Assembly (NCBI GenBank): GCA_043812495.1 | Contig: JBDRMG010000043.1 | Span: 1 to 59,554 of the forward strand | Length of the DNA: 59,554 bases | From: Candidatus Omnitrophota bacterium | GTDB taxonomy: Bacteria; Omnitrophota; Gorgyraeia; Zapsychrales; JBDRMG01 | Direction: 5' to 3' | In this document: positions 16,797-25,725 of the stretch, piece after piece | Layout of the letters: each line of letters opens with the position of its first letter | How positions within the stretch are numbered: the stretch's first letter is position 1 | Notes under the pieces: model-generated | What the model saw: the letters and a program-made list of their open reading frames with translations, nothing else | The model's database searches: none | What the model was told of the DNA's origin: nothing | Made by a program: the position numbers and the translations under genes

Positions 16797-18953
16797 TTAG
16801 ATCAACCCTTTCGAAGCCAATTGTTCTAAATTCTTTCTGGCTTCTTCTCGGGTTAATGCATAGGCCTTCGCCTTATTATACATGTCTTTGGCCTTTTGAT
16901 AGGAACCGATATTGTGATAAGAAGCACCCAAATAAAGATAGGCGAGTTCAATACCGCGAGCTTGATCTTGATGCGCGCGGATGGCTTTCTTGAATTGGCC
17001 AATCGCCGCCGGATAATTCCCTTTGATAAACTGAATCAAGCCAAGCTGAATGAAGGCTTTAAAGTGTTTGGGGTCATATCTTAAAGCCAGTTTAAATTCT
17101 TGTGTTGCTTCATCCCACAGGCCCAATTTTTGCTTCACAAGACCCAAATTAAAATGGGACGCGGAGGCAAAAGGCGCGAGGCTTACGTCCTTTTCAAAAT
17201 AGTGCTCTGCCTCTTTTAAATTGCCCTGCTTCTCGTAAATAATTCCCAGGCGTTCATAGGCCAAAAAAGATTCGGGATCTTCTTGTGTTTTTCTTTTGTA
17301 TTCCTCGATAAGCTCTTCATAATCCCGATCGGTTTCGATTCCCCGAAACGTCGGGTCAATGGGATTGACTTTTTTGTATTCAAACTTTCTGATCAAATCC
17401 TTAAATTTTGGAACATTCTTAACGTATACCAAAGAAATGTCATCCCAATACACAAGCCTCCAGTCGCGGTCTCTGTATAAATTTTCATAGAGGTGGTGTT
17501 TATTCGTTGATAAAGAATAATACACAACCGTATAGTCGATATCGTATTTCGCAAAAATGTCCTTCCATTGATTTTGGCCGACGGGTAATCGATAAGCCGC
17601 CTCGTAGTCTTCATAAACATTATTGTTTAAATATTGAATCAACCGGCCGTCGATGAAGACCAGCTCATCGGGATAAAGCGACCAAATCAGAAAACCTCCG
17701 AATCCATAGGAGTTAAACATGCGTCCCCTGATGTGGTTTTCCTTAATAAATGATACAGCGCCAACAGGGTAACGGCCCCGGTGAGGTCCTGCTTCTTTTA
17801 AGGCCAAGAGATGGCGATCGCAGCGATGACGGACAGAAAAAAGCACAAGAATAATTAAGATAATGACTTGAATCACGAGACGCGCATAAGGATTGGCCAA
17901 AATTCTAATCTTCATGACCAAGGGCTTCAGATATTCGACAATATGCTTAAGATTGTGCGCAAGAAAACAACACGATAAGATGGCAAATAACTCCGCATGC
18001 CGAATCGCCAGCTGAAAGACGGAGAATCCCAGCACGAAAAGAGCAAGATAGGTCAAATCAAGTTTCTTTGGATTCCCCAATAACGATAAGAGGGTGACAA
18101 AAAAGAAAATGGAATATTTGCTACCAGATAAGATATTCGGGGCGATGTTCTCCTGCAAAACCCCTTGCAAGGGCATGATGGCCGTCATGGCCGGTCCTTG
18201 CATCTGGAAACAAAAAAGATGCAAGCGATAACCATGAGGATTAACCAAAGAAGCCAGGCTGACAAGGAGGAAATAAAACCAAAGCCTCTTGATGTCAGGC
18301 CCTTGCAGGATTGCATCTTGATCTTGCGAGAAATAACGAGCTGTTTTTAAGCGAAGATATTCTCCCAGCGCAAACAAAAAAAGTATGGCGCAACCGGCCA
18401 AGGCCGAGGCATGGGTGTTCACGCCGATAATCACCAATAAGGGCAAAATCCATAATCGGTCTTTCCTCTTGTATTTATAAGAAACGAGGATAAATAGAAA
18501 AAGGCTTAAAATAAAATACGAAATTGTTTCGGCTCTCAGCATAAACCGCATGGAACTGCATAAAAAGGTGAACACAGTCGCGATCAAGGCAATGTATTTC
18601 TTGCCGGCAACCATCATCAGCGTTTGATAGAGAATAAAAAAGGTGAGTGTGATTAAAGAGGCTTTGAAAAGCAAAAGGCCGCTAAAACCCGCCCATCGAT
18701 AGGTTAAGGTATAAATGATTTCAGCCAGCCAATGATGGTTCATCCAAGGTTGGCCGAAAGCTGTGAATGAATATATATCTACTTGGGGGATTGTATGATG
18801 CTCGAGGATAAACTGGCCTGCGCGAAGATACCACCAGATGTCATAACAAAGAATACGAAAACCGATGTGAAGAATAAGGAGGACAAATACGCTAAGAGCG
18901 ATTAACCATTCTAATAATTTCTGAGTTTTTCCTATCCATAAACATTGCGACAT
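16797..18953 (-). CDS. Polytopic membrane protein with predicted GT-C-like N-terminus and C-terminal TPRs
   Basis: DIWWYLRAG...HHWLAE motif, many TM helices, GRMFNSYGFGGFLIW...VFIDGR, about 4 TPRs. Confidence 0.7.
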   Translation of the reverse strand: MSQCLWIGKTQKLLEWLIALSVFVLLILHIGFRILCYDIWWYLRAGQFILEHHTIPQVDIYSFTAFGQPWMNHHWLAEIIYTLTYRWAGFSGLLLFKASLITLTFFILYQTLMMVAGKKYIALIATVFTFLCSSMRFMLRAETISYFILSLFLFILVSYKYKRKDRLWILPLLVIIGVNTHASALAGCAILFLFALGEYLRLKTARYFSQDQDAILQGPDIKRLWFYFLLVSLASLVNPHGYRLHLFCFQMQGPAMTAIMPLQGVLQENIAPNILSGSKYSIFFFVTLLSLLGNPKKLDLTYLALFVLGFSVFQLAIRHAELFAILSCCFLAHNLKHIVEYLKPLVMKIRILANPYARLVIQVIILIILVLFSVRHRCDRHLLALKEAGPHRGRYPVGAVSFIKENHIRGRMFNSYGFGGFLIWSLYPDELVFIDGRLIQYLNNNVYEDYEAAYRLPVGQNQWKDIFAKYDIDYTVVYYSLSTNKHHLYENLYRDRDWRLVYWDDISLVYVKNVPKFKDLIRKFEYKKVNPIDPTFRGIETDRDYEELIEEYKRKTQEDPESFLAYERLGIIYEKQGNLKEAEHYFEKDVSLAPFASASHFNLGLVKQKLGLWDEATQEFKLALRYDPKHFKAFIQLGLIQFIKGNYPAAIGQFKKAIRAHQDQARGIELAYLYLGASYHNIGSYQKAKDMYNKAKAYALTREEARKNLEQLASKGLI

Positions 18954-18989
18954 ACATAAGTGTTGCTAACTTCTTGTATTTCATAAAAC

Positions 18990-19322
18990 TCATGGATGGG
19001 CATGAGCGGCCGCATCAACCCGATTGTTTGTTGCATTATATGTATAAACTGTTGCGAAGGGGCAAGTGGGTACTTCGCCAAAATAATCGGTGTTCTGAAG
19101 GACGTCTGTATTGAAAGAAGCGTTATCAACCGGATAAGCTCCTGTCCTTAAGCGAAAAAGTTCAATCTGGCTGTTAATAATCGAAATATTAGCACGATCT
19201 GTGTCTATCTGTGATTGTCTTATGGTACGGAAAATTCTTGGAATGGCCAGCCCGGCTAACGCGGCCAAAACAATAACAACAAACAAAACTTCAATCAGTG
19301 TAAATGCTTTTTTTCTGTTCAT
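18990..19322 (-). CDS. Major pilin/pseudopilin (GspG/ComGC-like)
   Basis: KKAFTLIEVL, ELFRLRTGAYP; strong RBS AGGAGG. Confidence 0.88.
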   Translation of the reverse strand: MNRKKAFTLIEVLFVVIVLAALAGLAIPRIFRTIRQSQIDTDRANISIINSQIELFRLRTGAYPVDNASFNTDVLQNTDYFGEVPTCPFATVYTYNATNNRVDAAAHAHP

Positions 19323-19367
19323 GTCGCCTCCTGTTTAAATCATCGTTTTATTAATAAATACTAATAT

Positions 19368-19376
19368 ATTTTAGCA
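19368..19376 (-). promoter_or_regulatory. Possible extended -10 internal promoter for the pilin gene
   Basis: TGcTAAAAT in an AT-rich 90-bp gap; no clear -35. Confidence 0.35.
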
Positions 19377-19413
19377 CTCGAACGAATAGATCATAAACAT
19401 TTTTTCATTTTGT

Positions 19414-20616
19414 TTAGGCGCCTGATATTTGTTGAATCAAGTCGAAAATCGGAAAATAAACAGCCATGGCAATAAATCCGACAACAGCGGCCAAAATGGC
19501 TGTCAAAAGCGGCTCAACAGTCACAACAATTCGCTTGATCAAGATATCAATATCCCGATCAAGCGAATTGGCATTTTTCTCAAGCATGGAATCCAATGTC
19601 CCGCTTTCCTCGCCGGCCATCATCATTTGCGCCGTGGTTGCGGGAAAAATATTTTGATTCATCAAGGGTGCCGATATCAAGCCTCCGTTTTTAACGCTCT
19701 CTCTCATTTGTCCGACAATCTTCTCAGCGGACGTATTTCCAATCACTTTATTGGCCACGTCAAGGGCTTCCAGGGCCGGAATGCCGCTTGAAAGCATATC
19801 CCCAAGTGTGCGAATAAAACGAGAAACAGCAGCCAAGCGATTCAGCTTGCCAAAAACAGGCATCTTCAGTTTCGCCTCGTCGATCCATTGGCGGAATTTC
19901 GCCAAATGCTTTATGCGGGAATAGACAAAAACAACGCCACCTATCAAAGACAACACAGCCCACCAATACCGGCGGACAAGAAAACTGATAAAAATTAAAG
20001 TCCGTGTCGGCCCGGGCAAAACTATTTTCATTTGAGTATAAACCTTGCTAAAAATTGGGACAATGACAATAATCAAAAATGTCACGACCAAACAAGCCAG
20101 GATGCCGACCAAAACCGGATATGCAAAAGCGGATTGGACCTTTTGCCGTAAATCATGCTGACGTTCCAAGTGAATAGCCAATCGATCCAAGACTTTTCCT
20201 AAATAACCGCCGGTTTCTCCGGCCTTAATCATACCGATAAAAAATTCAGAAAATATTTCTGGATGTTTGGCTAAGGCCTGCGAAAAGGCGCTTCCGCCTT
20301 CGATGCTAAAACCGATATCTTGAACAATATCCTTTAAGGCGGGATTATCCACCTGCCGTTCTAGAGCCTGAAGCGATTTCAAAAGAGGAATGCCCGCGCT
20401 GACCAAATCCGCCAACTGTTGCGTGAGAGTCACTAAGTCGGTATTTGATATGCGCCGCTTTCTTGAAAATATAGATTTTCTTTCTTTCGATAAAGAAACG
20501 ATCAAAAGACCGACTTCGTTTAATTTCGCCGTGACTTGATCCTCGCCGACCGCATCCATGCTCCCTTTGTAAATCTTTCCCGTATTATCTTTGGCGGTAT
20601 ATTGAAATCTAGGCAT
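19414..20616 (-). CDS. pilC: Pilus platform protein PilC/GspF
   Basis: MPRFQYTA start, two T2SSF domains, KAGETGG, AGEESG. Confidence 0.93.
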   Translation of the reverse strand: MPRFQYTAKDNTGKIYKGSMDAVGEDQVTAKLNEVGLLIVSLSKERKSIFSRKRRISNTDLVTLTQQLADLVSAGIPLLKSLQALERQVDNPALKDIVQDIGFSIEGGSAFSQALAKHPEIFSEFFIGMIKAGETGGYLGKVLDRLAIHLERQHDLRQKVQSAFAYPVLVGILACLVVTFLIIVIVPIFSKVYTQMKIVLPGPTRTLIFISFLVRRYWWAVLSLIGGVVFVYSRIKHLAKFRQWIDEAKLKMPVFGKLNRLAAVSRFIRTLGDMLSSGIPALEALDVANKVIGNTSAEKIVGQMRESVKNGGLISAPLMNQNIFPATTAQMMMAGEESGTLDSMLEKNANSLDRDIDILIKRIVVTVEPLLTAILAAVVGFIAMAVYFPIFDLIQQISGA

Positions 20617-22180
20617 TGTTATCCTCGGCGCTGACATAAATGACGCGCTTGACTTCCTCAAATGTTGAAATCTTATTTACGACCTTCCCAACGCCGTTGG
20701 CTTGCAAGGTCTTCATGCCTTCTTGGACAGCGAGTTCTTTTATTTCTGTTGAGGATTTCCTTTCTAATACAAGTTTTTGAATTGCCGGAGTCACCCGCAT
20801 CACCTCAAAGACAGCCACGCGTCCCCGAAAACCCGTTTGATAACAATAATCGCAGCCTTTTCCCTTGGCGAGCTTAATCTGATTTTGAAGATTCAGTTGA
20901 AGTTCTTTTAATTCTTCTGCGCTAGCCGTATACTCGCCCTGACATTCGGGACAGATGACACGCACTAATCTCTGGCTAATGGCTCCGATCACCGTCGACG
21001 ATATTAAAAACGGTTCGATATCCATATCCAATAATCTTGTGACGGCGCTCGGCGCATCGTTGGTATGCAAGGTGCTTAAGACAAGGTGGCCGGTGAGGGC
21101 CGCCTGAATCGCAATTTCCGCGGTCTCTTTATCTCTGATTTCACCGACCATGATCACGTCGGGATCCTGGCGGAGAATCGTGCGTAAACCGTTACTGAAC
21201 GTCATATCCGAGGACGGATCAACCTGAATCTGCGTGATGCGATCGAGCTGGTACTCGACCGGATCTTCAATCGTGACAATATTTAATTTTTTGGCATCAA
21301 ACTGGCTCAGAGCCGAATAAAGCGTTGTGGTCTTGCCGCTTCCGGTGGGGCCTGTGACCAAAATCATTCCGTACGGTTTTGTGATCAGGGAACGAAACAC
21401 TTTCTCATCCGGCTCATTGAGTCCCAGTTTTTCAAGACTTAAGAGCATGGAGCTTCGGTCAAGAATGCGGATCACGACCTTTTCTCCGTTGATCGCTTTC
21501 ATCGTTGAAATTCTAAAATCATAATCCTTTTTATCTTTCTTAATCGACAGATGGCCGTCCTGGGAACGCCTTTTTTCTGTAATATCCATATTCGAAAGGA
21601 CTTTGATGCGCGAAACAACCGCCGCTTCGATATGTTTAGGGATCTTCATAATATCATGCAAGATGCCGTCCACGCGGTAACGGACCATCATCTCAGGATC
21701 TTGCGGTTCCAGGTGGATATCGCTAGCCTTCGCCGTAATGGCTCCGTAAATAAAATCGTTCACGAGACGGACAATGGGAATATCTTCGACCTTGCCGATC
21801 TCTTTAATGTCTGAATCCTGCGCTTCCTTTTGGGTCTCTCTCATCTTTTTGATGCGCATATCGATGAGGTCCTGCTTGCTTTTGGCATCCACCTTATAAT
21901 ACTTGTTCATGGCCTGCTGGACTTCTTTTTCGAGTGCGATCATGGGTTTGATTCGATTTCCGGTGAGAAGTTCGATTTCATCGCGGGCGGCAAGATCCTG
22001 AGGGGATACAAAAGCAACATGCAGGACGTTCTCTTCGAGTTTGACAGAAATGGCTTTATGCTGGCGGGCGATGTTTTCCGGTAAAAGATGGACAATTTGC
22101 GGATCCAGCTCATGTTCTGAGAGCTTGATATAGTCAAAACCTTTTTGCTTGGCGAGCTCTTTGGCTTCTTGTTCGGTCAT
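20609..22180 (-). CDS. pilB: Pilus extension ATPase PilB/GspE
   Basis: GPTGSGKTTT, LRQDPDVIMVGEIRD, HTND, CPEC...CDYC zinc motif. Confidence 0.95.
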   Translation of the reverse strand: MTEQEAKELAKQKGFDYIKLSEHELDPQIVHLLPENIARQHKAISVKLEENVLHVAFVSPQDLAARDEIELLTGNRIKPMIALEKEVQQAMNKYYKVDAKSKQDLIDMRIKKMRETQKEAQDSDIKEIGKVEDIPIVRLVNDFIYGAITAKASDIHLEPQDPEMMVRYRVDGILHDIMKIPKHIEAAVVSRIKVLSNMDITEKRRSQDGHLSIKKDKKDYDFRISTMKAINGEKVVIRILDRSSMLLSLEKLGLNEPDEKVFRSLITKPYGMILVTGPTGSGKTTTLYSALSQFDAKKLNIVTIEDPVEYQLDRITQIQVDPSSDMTFSNGLRTILRQDPDVIMVGEIRDKETAEIAIQAALTGHLVLSTLHTNDAPSAVTRLLDMDIEPFLISSTVIGAISQRLVRVICPECQGEYTASAEELKELQLNLQNQIKLAKGKGCDYCYQTGFRGRVAVFEVMRVTPAIQKLVLERKSSTEIKELAVQEGMKTLQANGVGKVVNKISTFEEVKRVIYVSAEDNNA

Positions 22181-22189
22181 TTTTCTTCT

Positions 22190-22561
22190 TTAAGATGTCA
22201 ACAGGGCCTTGGCCACTTTCTCGAGTAAAGAAACAGGCGTAAAGGGTTTGACAATGTAGTCCACAGCGCCAAGATCAAGGGCTTGAGACACGCTGTCGCT
22301 TTCGGCTTTGGCGGTAAACATAATCACGGGGATAAATTTTGTCTCTTCACTTTCCTTGAGTTTTCCTAAGGCCTCATACCCGTCCATTTGCGGCATCATG
22401 ATATCCAGAATGATAAGATCTGGCTTCTCCTGCTTGGCTTTGGCAATGCCGTCTTTTCCATCGATGGCGGTTATCACATCATAACCGCTGGCCTTCAGGC
22501 GCGATTGGACCATTTTGACGATATTCATTTCATCATCAATCACAAGAATTCTTTTGGACAC
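22190..22561 (-). CDS. Single-domain response regulator (CheY-like)
   Basis: ILVIDDE, LDIMMP, TAK, VKP. Confidence 0.95.
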   Translation of the reverse strand: MSKRILVIDDEMNIVKMVQSRLKASGYDVITAIDGKDGIAKAKQEKPDLIILDIMMPQMDGYEALGKLKESEETKFIPVIMFTAKAESDSVSQALDLGAVDYIVKPFTPVSLLEKVAKALLTS

Positions 22562-25117
22562 TTAAAGCCTCCCTATTTTCTTCATCAATTCTTTCTGCGT
22601 GGTCCCGTCATCGGGGAATGTGACCATCTTGGCAATGATTTGTATCTTTGAGCCAAGACCTTGCGACGCCAAATACTCTTCGATATCCTTGATCATGCGT
22701 CCCGCCACCAGAGGCGCGTTTTCTTTTGTTGTTAAAGGCAGCATCATCAGGATCGCATCTGTGCTCTTCAGGACAAGATCGGCTTTTCGCCGCAGGCTTT
22801 TTCTGATTATATCATTAAAATGAGCAAGCACATCCTGTGTTTTTTCTTTTCCCAGGGTTTTCTCAACCGTTAAGAAGTTTGCTATCTCAAAAACGATCAG
22901 GGACAGGGATTCTCTGAACCGAATGGCTTCTTTGATGCCATTGGTAACATATTCTTCGAAGGCCTGATCCACCGAAATTCTGGGTAAGTCAAAGATAAAT
23001 TTTGTTCCCTCATTGAGTTTGCTTTCGACCTTGATGTGCCCGCCGTGTAGTTCAATGATCCCTTTGCAGATCGATAAGCCCAATCCCGTTCCTTTGCCTC
23101 CGGGCCCGTAAGGCCGGTCAAATTGCTCAAATTTTCCAAAGACCTTGGGTAGGTTTTCTTCGGCAATCCCGCGGCCCGTATCCTCAAATTGACATTCAAG
23201 GGCGCGTTCCTTATCCTCTAGGGAAATCCCGATATATCCTTTTTCCGTGAAATTCAACGCATTATCCATAAGGCTCTCGAACACTTGGGTGATTCTCTCA
23301 TGATCAAGAAAAAGTTCAATATTATCGTGTGAAAACTGAGTCTTGGCTTGCAGTCCTTTTTCCTCGCAGGACAAGCGATACTTCTTGACAACTTGCCGAA
23401 CAAGATCCGTCACGCTGACCATGACGCGGCGCAAGGTAATTTTTTCAGCTTCTAAGTTGGAAATATCTAATAATTCGTTGACCACATGCCGCAGGCGGTC
23501 AATCCCTTCAAACGACATATGCAGATATTCTTTCTGCTCATCGTTGAGTCCGCCGTGCATCTCCTCGAGCACCTGACTAACGCCCTCTTGAATAATCGTC
23601 ATGGGAGTGCGCAGTTCATGGGAAACCGTGCTGATAAAATCGGACTTCAACTGATCGAGCTTGCGGATTTCCTCTGTTTTGCCTTCAAGTTCGCGCAACA
23701 ATTCTTTGTTCTTGCGGTCTTTTTTAGCCAACTCAAAAAGAAGCATATCCCGTTCTTCCTTGTCTTGACGCAATCGGGATATGGGTTGCAGGTCATCCGA
23801 TGATTCGCTTTTCGTTTCTTGAGTTTTGATGGTTTCATCAAAAATATTTTTTTCTTCCCTGAGTCCCTCAGCTAAATCAACCTTCTGAAGCAATTCCTTT
23901 GCGGTTTGGCCGTCTTCTGGAAAATTCGCGACCTTTTGAGAGATATCAATGACCTTGTCCATATTTTCTTGGGTCAAATATTGAAAAAAACTATTCTGGA
24001 TTCTTGCCGAAAGCATCAGGGCATCCTTTTTCTCTGTCTGTGTCAGAACCATGAGAATCGAATTCTTCCCTTCGAGTGACAAATCAGCCTTGCGTCGAAG
24101 GTTGGTTTTGGCAATCTTGCGCAAGCCTTCAATCATCAAGGACAAACGTGCCCGATCCATATTATCAAACGCCTGCGCGGCATTTTGGATATGAAAGACG
24201 ACAATCGACAAAACACCTTTTTGGCGACTGGCGTTTTTGATGCCACTACGCACATATTCCTGAAATATCTGCTCCACAGAAAGTTTTGGCAACGTGAATG
24301 TAAATGTTGTTCCCTTGTTGACTTCGCTTTTGACTTTGATCTGACCTCCGTGCAGCTCGACAATTCCCTGACAAATCGATAAGCCCAGGCCCGTTCCTTT
24401 CTCTTTTGTCAGGGCCGACTGGTCAAATTTCTGAAATTTCCCAAAGACCAAGGGCAAATTTTCCTTCGCGATGCCGAACCCCGTATCCGCGACGCTGCAG
24501 ACAATCACATCGTTTCTGTCCAAAACGGACAAAGCGATCTGTCCGGTTTGAGTAAATTTAAAGGCATTGCCGATGAGATTGATAAAGACCTGAATGATCT
24601 TGTCGCGGTCAACATAGAGCTCTATGTGTTCTTTGTTGAATTCGGTTTTGATGTTCAAGCCAAGATCTTTCGCTTGCGGAAGAAAGGTCGTTTTGACGCC
24701 TTTGACTAAATCGACTATGTCTACGGCTTCTCGACGAATGTCGGCTCTTTCCGCTTCGAGGCGGGAGATATCCAAAAGATTCTCAACGATTCTACGCAAG
24801 CGGTCAATATCCGACAGCGACATGGACAAAAATTCTTTCTGTTCCTGCGTCGTGACTCCCAGAAGGCCCTCCAAGACCTGATGAATCCCTTCGCGAATGC
24901 TCGTTAAGGGCGTGCGCAATTCGTGAGAAACGACAGAAACAAATTCGGATTTCGCTTCGGCAAATTTCTTGAGCTCCTCATTTTTCTTTTCCAGCTCTCG
25001 ATAAAGAACCCTGATCCCTTCGTTGGTCTTCTTTAAACCGACTTGGGTATATTCGGCTTCTTTCTTGAGCTGCTCGATTTCTTTTTCAAGATCTTGAATA
25101 TGTGAATGTTCGCTCAT
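22562..25117 (-). CDS. Tandem (HisKA-HATPase-degenerate GGDEF)x2 histidine kinase
   Basis: Two H-boxes (SHELRTPL, SHELRTPM), two complete N/G1/F/G2 sets, two GGDEF-like folds with RRKAD; no TM helices. Confidence 0.85.
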   Translation of the reverse strand: MSEHSHIQDLEKEIEQLKKEAEYTQVGLKKTNEGIRVLYRELEKKNEELKKFAEAKSEFVSVVSHELRTPLTSIREGIHQVLEGLLGVTTQEQKEFLSMSLSDIDRLRRIVENLLDISRLEAERADIRREAVDIVDLVKGVKTTFLPQAKDLGLNIKTEFNKEHIELYVDRDKIIQVFINLIGNAFKFTQTGQIALSVLDRNDVIVCSVADTGFGIAKENLPLVFGKFQKFDQSALTKEKGTGLGLSICQGIVELHGGQIKVKSEVNKGTTFTFTLPKLSVEQIFQEYVRSGIKNASRQKGVLSIVVFHIQNAAQAFDNMDRARLSLMIEGLRKIAKTNLRRKADLSLEGKNSILMVLTQTEKKDALMLSARIQNSFFQYLTQENMDKVIDISQKVANFPEDGQTAKELLQKVDLAEGLREEKNIFDETIKTQETKSESSDDLQPISRLRQDKEERDMLLFELAKKDRKNKELLRELEGKTEEIRKLDQLKSDFISTVSHELRTPMTIIQEGVSQVLEEMHGGLNDEQKEYLHMSFEGIDRLRHVVNELLDISNLEAEKITLRRVMVSVTDLVRQVVKKYRLSCEEKGLQAKTQFSHDNIELFLDHERITQVFESLMDNALNFTEKGYIGISLEDKERALECQFEDTGRGIAEENLPKVFGKFEQFDRPYGPGGKGTGLGLSICKGIIELHGGHIKVESKLNEGTKFIFDLPRISVDQAFEEYVTNGIKEAIRFRESLSLIVFEIANFLTVEKTLGKEKTQDVLAHFNDIIRKSLRRKADLVLKSTDAILMMLPLTTKENAPLVAGRMIKDIEEYLASQGLGSKIQIIAKMVTFPDDGTTQKELMKKIGRL

Positions 25118-25152
25118 GAAGAAATTGTTCAGTTAAAATGGGAATAAGAAAT

Positions 25153-25276
25153 TCATTTAAAAAGTTCTTTCTTATTTAGGGTCAATGAAAGAACCTGGGC
25201 CATTCAATCTTTTTCATCATCTATTTGTATTTCTTTAAATTATGAGATATTTATCAATCCCAATAAGAATGGCCCA
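25153..25276. repeat. Family C element, copy 2
   Basis: Colinear with 10634-10757; ends 1 nt before the receiver stop codon. Confidence 0.85.
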
Positions 25277-25277
25277 T

Positions 25278-25643
25278 TTAAGACGTGGCCAAGAGACGAT
25301 CAACCTTTTCTATCAATTTTTCGCTTTCAAACGGCTTGACGACGTATTCGGTGACTCCCTCGACTTTAAAGATATCCTGAAGCTGATCTTTGGCCGTGAG
25401 AACAATGATCGGAGTCTTTTTAAGGTCAGCAATCTTTTTAAATTCAAGGACAAACGTGTATCCGTCCATCCGAGGCATCATAATATCAAGAATGACAAGA
25501 TCAGGTTTTTCCTTTTTGACCTTCTCCAGGCCTTCTTGACCGTCTTTTGCTGAGATGACCTGGTAATGGTTAAGCTCAAGACGGGCCTTCACCACATCAA
25601 CCAGATCCGGCTCATCGTCAATCACTAAGATTTTCTTACTCAT
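25278..25643 (-). CDS. Single-domain response regulator (CheY-like)
   Basis: ILVIDDE, LDIMMP, TAK, VKP; RBS AAGGAGG. Confidence 0.95.
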   Translation of the reverse strand: MSKKILVIDDEPDLVDVVKARLELNHYQVISAKDGQEGLEKVKKEKPDLVILDIMMPRMDGYTFVLEFKKIADLKKTPIIVLTAKDQLQDIFKVEGVTEYVVKPFESEKLIEKVDRLLATS

Positions 25644-25725
25644 GCGACCTCCTTAACTTCTCTTAATTTTCAATCGATCGTGCAATAGTGAAAGGGCTTT
25701 GTAATACCATTCACTAACTAGGTTC

